Origin: Gammaproteobacteria bacterium | GTDB taxonomy: Bacteria > Pseudomonadota > Gammaproteobacteria > Steroidobacterales > Rariloculaceae | DNA: 64,000 nucleotides | NCBI GenBank assembly: GCA_036381015.1 | Contig: DASVDR010000015.1 | Location: forward strand, 16,675-80,674 | Direction: 5' to 3' | In this document: positions 29,601 through 38,639 of the stretch, piece after piece | How positions within the stretch are numbered: position 1 is the stretch's first letter | How the letters are laid out: every line of letters begins with the position of its first letter | Made by a program: the position numbers and the translations under genes | Notes under the pieces: generated by a model | What the model was told of the DNA's origin: nothing | The model's database searches: none | Seen by the model: only the letters and a program-made list of their open reading frames with translations

Positions 29601-30620
29601 ATCGGTGCGGCTGCGCTCGACGACGGCGATCGGCTGCTCGGCGGCGACGCGGTAGCTCGCGAGATCGCGCCATTCGGGCGGCACGCCGCTGCGCTCGGCG
29701 TCGACCGGTTCCGCGCCTTCGAGCGCGGCGACGCGCAAGCGCGGCTCGGGCCTGAAGCTCCAGATCTCGTCCGGGGGCCAGGGCGCGACGACGGCCTCTC
29801 GCGTCACGGATTCGACGGGCGCGGGCGCCCGCGCCCGCAACGTGATCTCCCACCGGCCCGGCCGAATCTGCACGCGCAGCACGCCGTCCGCGTTCCATTG
29901 CACGGGCAGCTCGGACTCGACGTGCTCCGGGACGAAGCCCGCGACGGCCGCGCCGGTGAGCGCGAGCTCGCGCCGCTGCCCGGCGATGTCGAGCTCGATG
30001 CGCGTCGTGAGACGCATCGGCAGCGTGTCGCTCAAGAGGCGATGGACGATGACGTCGAGCCTGTCTTCCTCGGCTTCCGCATCCGGGCGAAGGCCGAGCC
30101 ACAGCGTACCGCCGTCGATCTCCGGCCGCGCGACCTCCTCGCCGTCGAGCGTGAGGGTCACGAGCCCCGTCTCGGGAGGAATCGCGAGCGACGCCGGGCG
30201 CACGGCGAACCCGATCTCGCCCTCGATGCGATAGGTGCCCGCGGGGAGCCGCAGGGCGGGCCGGCCGTCGCGCGCGACGACGGGCCGAGCGCTGCCGTCG
30301 ACCGTGACGCCGCTCGGCCAATGCTCCGCGTCGCCCGGCAGCGGCACCCACTCCTCTGAATAGAGCGTCCACGTTTGCGAGAAGCGCGCGCTTTCCGTGT
30401 CGACGGTGAGGCTCAGCGGGCCGGGCCAAGCGCAGATGTGGCTCGCCGTCTCGCCGGGCATGCGACCGTTGAGCACGGGGCAGTCGCGGAACTCTTCGCC
30501 GTAGAGGACCCAGTCGCGCCATGGCGCGAGCGGCTCGGGCACGTCGACATCCTGGCCTCTAGCCGCGGAAAGCACGCCGAGCAATGCAATGAGCGCGGCG
30601 ACGGTTGGCGATCGGCGCAT
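26601..30620 (-). CDS. very large membrane protein of unknown function (1339 aa)
   Basis: ATG at 30620 (MRRSPTVAALIALLGVLSAARGQ). Long soluble beta-rich regions are interrupted by hydrophobic clusters near aa 520-600 and 690-740, plus a C-terminal bundle. Both antisense and offset ORFs here are Arg-rich shadows. Confidence 0.75.
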   Translation of the reverse strand: MRRSPTVAALIALLGVLSAARGQDVDVPEPLAPWRDWVLYGEEFRDCPVLNGRMPGETASHICAWPGPLSLTVDTESARFSQTWTLYSEEWVPLPGDAEHWPSGVTVDGSARPVVARDGRPALRLPAGTYRIEGEIGFAVRPASLAIPPETGLVTLTLDGEEVARPEIDGGTLWLGLRPDAEAEEDRLDVIVHRLLSDTLPMRLTTRIELDIAGQRRELALTGAAVAGFVPEHVESELPVQWNADGVLRVQIRPGRWEITLRARAPAPVESVTREAVVAPWPPDEIWSFRPEPRLRVAALEGAEPVDAERSGVPPEWRDLASYRVAAEQPIAVVERSRTDAAQANRLVLRRDLWLDFDGGGFTARDRIDGRMWSEWRLDMAAPYTMTMASVDDEPLLVTLGTEPGLQGVELRSQAIDLTATARLPNAGRLPVTGYRSAFDDVTTTVHVPPGYRVLAALGADRAPTVWLERWRLLDVFLLLIVGAAAWRLFGPAAGIVALLALVIAFHEPNAPRWTWLNLLVAIALVRVAPSEGRLGSAARWYRRLSVAAVVLLLIPFTTVQLRNALYPQLERTRLERGLTTAEDIAAVGGDALSLARERAAAGSAAAPSAVDEITVTASRIIRGELTRYQPGALVQTGPGLPDWAWTRHTLSFGGPVDAGQTFRLVTIGPWLVALWRVASVALALALLWLLSGRPGPVPRRWLRGTSSAALLAVAALALPSPSPAQIAPGEFPAPALLEELKQRLTAPAACRPACADATAARVAVVDDVLTVELDLALQAPSAVPVPGAPGGWRPFEIAVDGDPVGSLYRDRGQTAWLSAPAGVHRVTLRGPVPPGNGVTLPFPLRPRRIAVDAPDWNVAGVADGRLLSGALELTRQPEDGDGDEGELGGTIIAPYVDVERRLVFDLDWRVRTTVTRVAPESGAFTLSVALLPNEAVLTPGIEAAGGRATVAFADGEDTVVWESRLPTAQTLTLTAAGADAPWTERWLFEVGPIWHAEYMGLPSAAPLDPDPSLYTPEYDPRPGETLTVALRRPEPASGDTIAIDTVNYERDVGARVSNSTLEITYRTTRGGQHVITLPEGSELDSVWIDGDPVPLELEGRMLGIPVTPGEHDAEIEWREPTGVGVWTSVPVVDLGGGASNIETRLDLPQDRWVLLALGPRLGPAILYWPELVALVLGALVLGRLAASPLRTHEWLLLGVGLSTFAWPVLLLFAIWAFAMSARGRVEGPRSRGRFNAMQVALGVLTVAALVALVGAIPVGLLGAPDMHIVSPVAGGLSWFVDRTAGLTPDAGALSVSQWFYKAAMLAWALWLSFALLRWLPWAWRSFAHGGLWARKAAQ

Positions 30621-30851
30621 GGTCGGCCCTCTGTTGGTCGTCGAGGCCAGGCGCGTTCGGCCGCCTGATCGCTCGTTCGTTCCCGGTTGCGGCAGGATGC
30701 TAAGGCGCGTGCGGGAGGCGCACAACCGCGGCCGTCGCGGTCTCGCGCCCGCCCGCAAGCGCGCTCGGGAACGTTCGCTCCCTCGTCCGGCTCTTCAAAG
30801 GCCGGCGCCCGCTCCTTATGATCGGCAGCGGGAGACACTCGAGGTACCGCT

Positions 30852-31664
30852 GTGAACGTGGCGCTTTCCCGCGGCACGCCGGCGAAACGAGCACCGTGGC
30901 TCGCGGCCCTGGCCTGGCTTGCGCTGATCGCCGGCGTGGCCGTCGGTGCCGTCGCGCTCGCGGCGCCGGTCGGCGTGTGGCTCGGGCTGTGGGATTTCCG
31001 GACCGGTTTCCAGCTCCTTTTCAATGTCGCGAACGCATGGGGCGACGCGGTCGCGCTCGCGGCCGCTGCGGTCGGCGTGGCGCTGCTCGTCCTCGCAAGG
31101 GCGCTCGGCACGGGGAACGGCGCGAGGCTCGCCGCGCTCGCGTTCGCCGGCGCGGTCGTTGCGTGGGTCGGTTACGCCGTGCCGCAGTCGTACCGCCCCG
31201 ACGAGAGCGTCCCCCCGATCCACGACATCTCCACCGATACCGAGGATCCGCCGCAGTTCGAAGCCGTGCTTCCGCTGCGCGCCGGCGCGGCGAACACCGC
31301 CGAGTACGGCCGCTCTCAGAACATGACTCCCGAGCGTCTCGCCGCTCTCACGCGCGAAGCGTATCCGGATCTCACGACCGTCACGCTCGCAGTGCCGCCC
31401 GCGGAGGCTTTCAAGCGAGCGCGCGCCGCGGTCGACGAGCTCGGCTGGGACCTCGTCGCGGCCGTGCCGGAGGAAGGGCGAATCGAGGCGACCGACACGA
31501 CGTTCTGGTTTCGCTTCAAGGACGACATCGTGATTCGGATCCGTCCGGCGGACGGCGGCTCGGAGATCGACGCGCGCTCCGTTTCGCGCGTCGGCGTCGG
31601 CGATGCCGGGACGAATGCCGCGCGACTGCGGCGATTCTTCGCGGTGCTCCAAGAGACGGGTTGA
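30852..31664 (+). CDS. DUF1499 domain-containing membrane protein
   Basis: 270 aa with a non-ATG (GTG) start. N-terminal TM helices, then the C-terminal block FKDDIVIRIRP...IDARSVSRVGVGDAGTNAARLRRFF typical of DUF1499. Confidence 0.7.
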   Translation: MNVALSRGTPAKRAPWLAALAWLALIAGVAVGAVALAAPVGVWLGLWDFRTGFQLLFNVANAWGDAVALAAAAVGVALLVLARALGTGNGARLAALAFAGAVVAWVGYAVPQSYRPDESVPPIHDISTDTEDPPQFEAVLPLRAGAANTAEYGRSQNMTPERLAALTREAYPDLTTVTLAVPPAEAFKRARAAVDELGWDLVAAVPEEGRIEATDTTFWFRFKDDIVIRIRPADGGSEIDARSVSRVGVGDAGTNAARLRRFFAVLQETG

Positions 31665-32134
31665 CGCCGCCGCGCGTTCGCGTCGTCGCACGTTGACGCC
31701 GCCGCACGGCTCGACCGCGGCTTCGATCCTTCTCCGTCCTGGAAGCTTGCGGTCGACGGGCTGCTGCTGATTCTCGGATCTTTCGCGATCACGCGGTCGG
31801 CGTTTAGCAACAGTTTGCGCTATACCGTGCAACGAGTAGGCTCGGTTTCGCTGTTTTACACGGCAAGCCGATCCCTTCGCTTTACCGCGACGATCAGCTG
31901 CATCTGGGTGCGGGCCGGCTACGCCGTGCTAGCCGCGTCCCGACATAACGCCTCGATTCGGCGCACCCGTCCGCAGAGCGGCCGCAATTTTCTTCCTATG
32001 CCTCCGCGTCGACGTGAGCCGAGCTAGGTGTCGTCACTTATTGGAGCTCGAGACGTTGCAGCTTCAGAATCAGGCGCAATGGAGAAGCATTTCTCCCGCG
32101 CCGAGCCGCGCTCGGAGAGCGCAATAAAAGTGAT

Positions 32135-34099
32135 ATGAGCGCGCCGCGACCCAGCCATTTGGAGTATCGGCCCGACATCGACGGCCTTCGCGCAGTCGCC
32201 GTGTCGTCCGTGCTCGTGTACCACGCATTCCCCGCGGCCCTGCCCGGCGGCTTCGTCGGCGTCGATATCTTCTTCGTGATCTCGGGCTTCTTGATCTCGC
32301 GCATCATTTTGCGCCAGCTCGAGGACCACACGTTCACGTTCGCAAACTTCTACGAGCGGCGCATTCGGCGCATTTTTCCGGCTTTGGCGCTCGTGCTGCT
32401 CGCGACGCTCGTGTTCGGCTGGTGGGTTCTGCTGCCGATGGCATTCGAGGATCTCGGCATACAGGTCGCGGCCGGCGCGGGCTTCGCCTCGAACTTACTG
32501 CTGTGGGCGCAGTCCGGGGACTATTTCGACTCGGCCGCGGAGCTGAAGCCCCTGCTGCACCTGTGGTCGCTCGGCGTGGAGGAGCAGTATTACCTTCTCT
32601 GGCCGCTGCTGCTCTTTCTCTTCCGTGGAGATCGGCAGCATCGCATCTTCTGGCTCATTCTCGGCCTCGCGGTCGCCTCCTTTGCCATCAACGTGCATTC
32701 TGTCGCCCGGGCGCCGTCGGCCGCGTTCTATTTGCCCCAGAGCCGCTTCTGGGAGCTCATGCTGGGCGGCATCATCGCCTATGCGGACGTGCACGATCCT
32801 GCCTGGGTCGCAGCCGTCCGCCGGCGGCGCCCCGCATGGCTCCCGGGCTTGGCGGCGGCGGCCGGCGCCGCGCTCCTCTTGGCCGGTCTCGTGCTCATCG
32901 AAGAGAACCACGGCTTCCCGGGCGCACGGGCCCTTCTGCCGACTAGCGGTACGGCCCTCCTCATCGCCGCCGGACCGGAGCCTTGGCTTCAGCGTCGCGT
33001 GCTCGCGTCGCGTGTCTTCGTCTTCGTCGGCCTCATCAGCTACCCGCTCTATCTGTGGCATTGGCCGTTGCTCGTCTATGCGCGCGTCCTGCACGGCGGC
33101 GCGCCGCCGGCGTCCACCCGGATCGCGTTATTGACCGGGGCCGTAGCGCTCGCGTCGGCGACCTATGCGCTCGTCGAGCGCCGAATCAGGCATCTTCGTC
33201 CCCTTCGGCTCCCGCGCAGCGTCGTCGTCGGACTCGCCTCGAGCGTTGGCGCGCTCGCCGTCTGCGGCGCAGTGATCTACGGCAGCCACGCCGGATCGCG
33301 CTCCTCGCATGTGCCATTCCTGCCCGAGATCGCGGCCGCCTATGACGATTGGGCGTTTCGGGGAAACCGGACGATCGTCGGTGATACGGAGCGCGCCGTG
33401 CTCTTCGTCGGCGATAGTCACATGCAGCAGTATCTGCCGCGCATCGACAAGCTCGCGCGGCAGCATCGAGCGCCGCTTCGGACGCTTATCTTCGACACCG
33501 AGGGCGGCTGTGCGCCCGTGCCCGGCCTCGAACGAATCGGACACGAGTGCAACGCCTTCGTGGAGCATGCGTTCGCGACGGCGCGACATCCGGAGGTCGA
33601 GATCGTAATTTTCGCCGCGTCGTGGCCGGGGTTCATCGCACGCGACGACTATTACGCGGTCGGCGATCCTGATCGCCGTCTGCTGGACTTGCACGGGCCC
33701 GCCGGGCGCCGTGCATTGCAGCGTTTCGAAGCGGCCCTTGCCGACCTCGTCGCCCCCGGCAAACGCGTGTATCTCGTGCTCTCCTCACCGCGCGGCAAGC
33801 CATTCGATCCGCGCAGCATGGTGAAGCGGGTCGGCTTGAATTTCGAAGTGCACATCGGCGCTCCCGTGCCGAGGAAGGAAGTGGCCGCCGCCACGGCCGC
33901 CATCGACGCGCGGCTCGCGGACATCGCCGCCCGCGTGGGAGCGCAAGTCATCGACCCGAAGGACTATCTGTGCGACGCGTTCGTCTGCCAGGTAGCGGAC
34001 GAGACCGGGCGACCGCTCTACAAGGACGAGTCTCATGTGCGGGCTTCGACGGCGCGGGAGCGGTTCACCGCGTTCGACCGCTTCGTCTATGCCGAGTAG
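32135..34099 (+). CDS. acyltransferase family 3 protein with C-terminal SGNH domain (OafA/YrhL-like)
   Basis: 654 aa. N-terminus YRPDIDGLRAVAVSSVLVYHAF, about 10 TM segments (LWSLGVEEQYYLLWP), and a C-terminal SGNH-like part (VLFVGDSHMQQY). Confidence 0.9.
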   Translation: MSAPRPSHLEYRPDIDGLRAVAVSSVLVYHAFPAALPGGFVGVDIFFVISGFLISRIILRQLEDHTFTFANFYERRIRRIFPALALVLLATLVFGWWVLLPMAFEDLGIQVAAGAGFASNLLLWAQSGDYFDSAAELKPLLHLWSLGVEEQYYLLWPLLLFLFRGDRQHRIFWLILGLAVASFAINVHSVARAPSAAFYLPQSRFWELMLGGIIAYADVHDPAWVAAVRRRRPAWLPGLAAAAGAALLLAGLVLIEENHGFPGARALLPTSGTALLIAAGPEPWLQRRVLASRVFVFVGLISYPLYLWHWPLLVYARVLHGGAPPASTRIALLTGAVALASATYALVERRIRHLRPLRLPRSVVVGLASSVGALAVCGAVIYGSHAGSRSSHVPFLPEIAAAYDDWAFRGNRTIVGDTERAVLFVGDSHMQQYLPRIDKLARQHRAPLRTLIFDTEGGCAPVPGLERIGHECNAFVEHAFATARHPEVEIVIFAASWPGFIARDDYYAVGDPDRRLLDLHGPAGRRALQRFEAALADLVAPGKRVYLVLSSPRGKPFDPRSMVKRVGLNFEVHIGAPVPRKEVAAATAAIDARLADIAARVGAQVIDPKDYLCDAFVCQVADETGRPLYKDESHVRASTARERFTAFDRFVYAE

Positions 34100-34199
34100 C
34101 GCATGGCACGCACTCGGGGGTAGACGCGGTCGAAGTTGTCGCGGTTCGGTGGCAAGCCGGACTTCTGCGGCAGGACGCGTGCCCGTCACTGCGGGGCGC

Positions 34200-35050
34200 G
34201 CGATGCACCCGTCGAGGGGCAGCGAGTTCATCGTGCGCGAGCTCATGCTGCCGCACCTTCGGAAGGCCTACGACGAGCTCCGGAGCGCGGCGCGGGGCGC
34301 AGACTTGCTGGTCAGCCACCCGGTCACCTACGCCGCGCCGGTGCTCGCGGAGCGCGAAGGGCTGCCGTGGGTGTCCACGGTGCTCGCTCCCATGCTGTTC
34401 TTCTCCGTCACCGACCTGCCGGCATTTCCGAACGCCCCGTGGCTCGTGCACGCGAACAAGCTCGGCCCCTCCGTGGCGCGCGCGATCGTGAACTTGAGCC
34501 GGCGCGCGACGCGTGGCTGGACGCTCCCCGTGCAGAGGCTGCGGGCCGATCTCGGCTTGCCCCCCGGGCGCCATCCGCTGTTCGAGGGGCTGTTCTCGCC
34601 GCTGCTCACGCTCGCCTTGTTCTCCAAGGTGCTCGCCGAGCCGCAACCGGACTGGCCGTCCAACGTCGCCGTTACGGGCTTCTCGTTCTACAACGGCCCC
34701 GACGGGCCAGCGCGATCGTTCATCACGGCGGCGTGGGCACGACGGGGCAGGCGCTGCGAAGCGGCCGGCCGATGCTGGTCGTGCCGCACAGCCACGATCA
34801 GCCCGACAACGCCTTGCGCGTGTGCCGCTTGGGCGTCGCACGAAAGCTGCCGCCCAGGCAGTACCGCGCGGAGCGCGTGGCCCGAGAGCTCGAGCGGCTG
34901 CTCGACGGGACCTATCGCGCGCGGGCGGAGGCGATTGCGGCCGTCGTGCGAGGCGAGGGCGGCGCGGACGCCGCCGCCGAGGCCATCGAGCGGCTGCTGC
35001 GCGCGGAGCACCGCTTGCCGTCCGCGGACGCCACGCCTGCCTTGACGTAG
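34200..35050 (+). pseudogene. GT1 (MGT/UDP-glycosyltransferase-like) glycosyltransferase remnant
   Basis: Frame a (ORF 34035..35045) reads ...ADLLVSHPVTYAAPVLAEREGLPWVSTVLAP...VAVTGFSFYNGPDG. Frame b (ORF 34136..35050) continues AIVHHGGVGTTGQALRSGRPMLVVPHSHDQPDNA.... The N-terminal ~90 aa and the ~85 aa normally lying between the GF and HHGG blocks are missing. The frames switch near 34705-34712. Confidence 0.65.
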
Positions 35051-35283
35051 CGGTCCGTTCAGCGAACTCTCTCTGGCCGAAGGTAATCGCTCGGCGACGA
35101 TCGGTTCACTCCGCTGCGCGAGACGCGGCATGCGAATCCGGCCTCGCAAGGGCCGCTGAGCGGCGGCAGAGGAAACACGGGAGCCGGCCGTCCCGTGGGG
35201 TCCGCGCGGTTCCACGGGCCGTGGAACCCCGCCTTCGTGTGATCGCCCGCATCGATATTTAGCGTCCCACGCGCGCGTTGCTA

Positions 35284-35300
35284 CTAGATGTTGTATCTAG
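35284..35300. promoter_or_regulatory. palindrome CTAGAT-N5-ATCTAG upstream of parA-like gene (possible operator)
   Basis: Perfect 6-bp inverted arms at 35284-35289 and 35295-35300, about 90 nt upstream of the ATG at 35391, in a locally AT-richer stretch. Confidence 0.3.
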
Positions 35301-35390
35301 AGCGTGCTCGGAGTATTCTCGACTACAAGAGCGCGTCTTCGTGCCGGCGGCAATCGATGGGTTGCCTCGACGTGGGAGGTCGGACGAACG

Positions 35391-36194
35391 ATGAGCAGCG
35401 CAACGGGTCCCACCAGTCTGCACAGGGTCGTCGTACTCAATCCGAAGGGCGGTAGCGGCAAAACGACGCTCGCGACCAACCTGGCCAGCTACTACGCGCT
35501 GCGCGGCGCCGCGCCGACGCTCGTCGATTGCGACCCTCAGGGCTTCGGTCTCCGCTGGCTCGAGAAGCGTCCGGCCGACCGCCCGGTCATCCACGGCATG
35601 CGAGGCTACGATGAAGGCGTCTACGCGTCGGCGCTGCTGACCCTGAAGGGGCATCCCGACTCGAGCGTCATGATCATCGACCTCCCGGCGGCGATCTCCT
35701 ACGAGCGGCTCCACGCCTATACGTACGTGGCCGACAGCATCCTGCTGCCGATTCAGCCTTCCGCGATCGATGTTCACGCCGGCACGCGATTCATCGCCGA
35801 GCTGCTACTCGATGCACGGGTGGATCGAAACGAGCGGCGACTCGCGATCGTCGCGAACCGCGTCCGGGAGCGAACGAAGAGCTTCTCCATGCTCATGCGC
35901 TTTCTGACGAGCTTGAGGATTCCGATGATCGCGGCTCTACGGGACAGCCAGAATTTCGTGCACGCCGCCGACCAGGGCCTCGGCATTTGCGAGATGCCGG
36001 CTCACAAAGTGAAGAACGACCTCGCGCAGCTGAGCGCGATCGTGAGCTGGCTGGACAAGCGGCAGCTCGCCCTGATCGCGAGGGCCGCGTCTCGGGACGC
36101 CTCGAGTCCCGGTGTTCTGGAAGGCGGTCCCGTCGACGACTCGCCCGACGCGGAAGAGGAAGTCGGCGCGGGCGTCGGCCTGGAAGCACGCTGA
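35391..36194 (+). CDS. ParA/MinD-family P-loop ATPase (orphan)
   Basis: ATG at 35391 after GGGAGG. Deviant Walker A NPKGGSGKTTLATNLA, then DCDPQG and IIDLP blocks, about 267 aa. No parB-like gene is adjacent. Confidence 0.85.
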   Translation: MSSATGPTSLHRVVVLNPKGGSGKTTLATNLASYYALRGAAPTLVDCDPQGFGLRWLEKRPADRPVIHGMRGYDEGVYASALLTLKGHPDSSVMIIDLPAAISYERLHAYTYVADSILLPIQPSAIDVHAGTRFIAELLLDARVDRNERRLAIVANRVRERTKSFSMLMRFLTSLRIPMIAALRDSQNFVHAADQGLGICEMPAHKVKNDLAQLSAIVSWLDKRQLALIARAASRDASSPGVLEGGPVDDSPDAEEEVGAGVGLEAR

Positions 36195-36357
36195 CCGGCT
36201 TCGACCGCTCATGCCGGTGCCGGAGACGCTCCTCGCGGAGCTTCGAGCTTTGCCGCTCGTGAGCTACGCGAAGGTGCTGCGCTTCTAGCCTGCAGGCATC
36301 GAGCGGTTCCCTCGCGCTGCCCGCGGCGAGGCTTTCGTGGACGCGCGGCGAGCGTCC

Positions 36358-37659
36358 TCACTCGTAGCCGAGCCGCACGACGCCCCGTTCCATGCCGTCG
36401 ACGGTTCCGCGGTCGAGCCACTCGAGCGACGCGCGGAAGAGTAGCCCGTGCACGCGCTCCCACATCGCGTTGTGCGACGCGCAGCCGAGGTCGAGAAGCA
36501 CCTTGCTCGGCGAGCCGAGGTGCTCGTAGAGCAGGCGCACGCGATCCGGGTTGACCTGTCCGTCGTGCACGCCGGCGACCAACAGCATCGGCGTCTGCGT
36601 GCGGCTCACGACGTCGCGGTTCCAGCCCCACACCGGCACGCGCGGCGCCCGCCGCACACCGGGTCCCCAGGTCGCTCCGACCGGGTCGGACGCGAGCATC
36701 TCCGACCAGACGGCCGCCGCGACCGCCGGGTCGTACTGGTCGGCGCAGCCGACCTGACGGTCCCAGTTCGCGACGAAGTCGGCCTGCGACTGCGAGGTCA
36801 TCACGGCGGGCGCGTCCGCGGGACGCGCGGACGCGGAGACGTCGGTGGCCGGCTCGCTCGCTGCCCGACCCGCGGCCCGAGCGGCGCCGCCCGCCGCGGC
36901 CGCGTCGAGGCCCGCGCCGGCGGCCACCCAGGTCGGAGGATCCGCTGGCGAATTCGCGGTGTACGCCGGCGCCAGCAGCACGATCCTCGCGACCTTCTCG
37001 GGATGGCGAGCGGCGTAGCCGCCCGCGCGGGGCCCGCCCTGCGACCAGCCGATGAGGCTGATGCGCTCGACGCCGCGCAGCGCGCGCAGATACTCGACGA
37101 CCGCGTCGATGTCGTCCCAGTCGGAAGCGATCGTCGTGAGCGAACGCGAACGGCTCGGCTCGCACTCGGCGTCGAGCGTGCGCGGGATCAACGCCCGCTG
37201 CGCTTCCGGCGCGAGGTTGCACGGATCGTTCATCGCGAGGGGGCGCGTCGAGCGGCCGTAGCCCGTCATGTCCATCGAGAACACGTCGTAGCCGGCCGCG
37301 GCGAGGTACGCCATCCAGCTGTAGTCCTCGTGCGGCACGTCGAACGCGACCTCGGCCGGCGTGCCGGCGCCGTGCACGAACAGCACGACGCGCTCGCCGA
37401 AGCCGGCGGTGCGCGCGAGCACGCCGGCGGCCACGCGCTCGCGGACGTACAGCTGCGCGATCTCGCTCTCGAGGGCCGGTGCCGTCGACACGTGCCGGAC
37501 GTAGTGGTCGATCGTCAGCAGCTCGGTGCCGTCTGCGCCGGAGGACGGCTGCCCGGAGGCGCTCGGCGTGAAGCACGGCCCAGCGGCGAGCAGCAGCGCG
37601 ACGACGAATGCGCGGCAGCCGCGCGGCGGTACCGCGACACGTGCGCGGGTTCTTTTCAT
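36358..37659 (-). CDS. secreted alpha/beta hydrolase
   Basis: ATG at 37659 (MKRTRARVAVPPRGCRAFVVALLLAAGP). Blocks VVLFVHGAG, nucleophile elbow LIGWSQGG and late HNAMWE. There is an Ala-rich insertion around aa 240-290. Confidence 0.8.
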   Translation of the reverse strand: MKRTRARVAVPPRGCRAFVVALLLAAGPCFTPSASGQPSSGADGTELLTIDHYVRHVSTAPALESEIAQLYVRERVAAGVLARTAGFGERVVLFVHGAGTPAEVAFDVPHEDYSWMAYLAAAGYDVFSMDMTGYGRSTRPLAMNDPCNLAPEAQRALIPRTLDAECEPSRSRSLTTIASDWDDIDAVVEYLRALRGVERISLIGWSQGGPRAGGYAARHPEKVARIVLLAPAYTANSPADPPTWVAAGAGLDAAAAGGAARAAGRAASEPATDVSASARPADAPAVMTSQSQADFVANWDRQVGCADQYDPAVAAAVWSEMLASDPVGATWGPGVRRAPRVPVWGWNRDVVSRTQTPMLLVAGVHDGQVNPDRVRLLYEHLGSPSKVLLDLGCASHNAMWERVHGLLFRASLEWLDRGTVDGMERGVVRLGYE

Positions 37660-37753
37660 CGTGCATTCCTCGAAGAGGACCACGGAATCCTAGCGGTAAG
37701 CCCGTGGCGAGACAAAGGTCTGTTCGGACCGATCGGCGCCAGGGCGGGAGGAA

Positions 37754-38449
37754 TCAGCCTCCCTCCGGGCCTCCGCGCAGCCGCTGCTTGACGGCTGCCG
37801 CGATCTCGTCGAAGTCGGGCGCGCGAACGTCGTTCTCGCCGGGCCCCGCGCCGATCATGGCCCTGAGCTCGTCGCGCGAGTTCGTGCGCGGGAACGGCGC
37901 GTCCGGCACGTCGAGCGCGAGAAACTCGCAGAGCGGCTCCCAGCCCTGCTTGACTTCGTAGACGAGCAGGCGTTCGGGCGCGATCGTTCGCTTGACCTCG
38001 TCCACGTGGCGCTCGAACGCCTCGACCATGAAGTCGCGGTCGTCGAGCCGGCCGTCGAGACTCGGCCAAACGACGGCGTCGAAGAAGCTCGCCAGCGGCG
38101 AATTCTCTATGTGCCGGCGCATGGTGGGCGAGAAGATCGTGGCCTGGGTCGACTCGAACCAGTCGTGCGGATCGCGCACGGAGAGTACGACTTTGGCGCT
38201 CGGATAGAACTCGGCGAGCTCGCGCCAGAATCGGCAGCTCGGGTAGTCGACCGTCGCGGCGTAGCCCTCGAAGACGCGGTCCCAATCGGCGCGACCTTCG
38301 GCCGCGGCGATCCAGTCGGCGCAGCGCCGCGGCTCCACGATGATCTCGGACATGTGATAGCAAGCGCGAAAGCCGAGCTGCTCGAGCGCGAGCTTGAGCG
38401 ACATCGTGCCCGTCCGGCCGAGGCCTGCGCCGATGACTTGAAGCGGCAT
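37754..38449 (-). CDS. sulfotransferase family protein
   Basis: ATG at 38449 (MPLQVIGAGLGRTGTMSLKLALEQLG), a PAPS 5'-phosphosulfate-binding-loop-like GxGRTGTxS. About 231 aa. Confidence 0.75.
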   Translation of the reverse strand: MPLQVIGAGLGRTGTMSLKLALEQLGFRACYHMSEIIVEPRRCADWIAAAEGRADWDRVFEGYAATVDYPSCRFWRELAEFYPSAKVVLSVRDPHDWFESTQATIFSPTMRRHIENSPLASFFDAVVWPSLDGRLDDRDFMVEAFERHVDEVKRTIAPERLLVYEVKQGWEPLCEFLALDVPDAPFPRTNSRDELRAMIGAGPGENDVRAPDFDEIAAAVKQRLRGGPEGG

Positions 38450-38639
38450 CTGGTTCTCCTTGCGCAGCAGGCGTCCTCGAGTCCCGGCCACCGACGCTCA
38501 GTGCGTCATCGCGTAGACAAATGTAGTTGATCGCATACGGGTAAGCGAGCGCCGCCACCTTCTGCGGGTATTCGGGAAGCTGCGGCTGATGGGGCGCAGC
38601 GGGCGGGCGCGCTCGACGGCTTGCTCGAGCGTGCGCATG

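Noticed and set aside
26634-30522. Very long ORFs of 1241 aa (+) and 1160 aa (-) overlapping the 1339-aa gene. Similar long ORFs occur elsewhere: 134..1369, 6213..7070, 8197..9906, 11890..13653, 13738..15759, 14301..16679, 36209..37666, 54168..56201, 58387..60138, 60161..62470 (5' part).
   Set aside because: Their translations are dominated by Arg/Ala/Gly/Pro runs, typical of off-frame or antisense reading of high-GC coding DNA. In each case another frame gives a protein with recognisable motifs or natural composition.
35208-35228. Perfect 10-bp-arm palindrome GGTTCCACGG-G-CCGTGGAACC, considered as an intrinsic terminator for the decayed glycosyltransferase.
   Set aside because: It has a single-nucleotide spacer and no following T-tract. 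It is more likely a protein-binding palindrome or coincidental GC-rich symmetry. It is mentioned only as context for the ParA finding.
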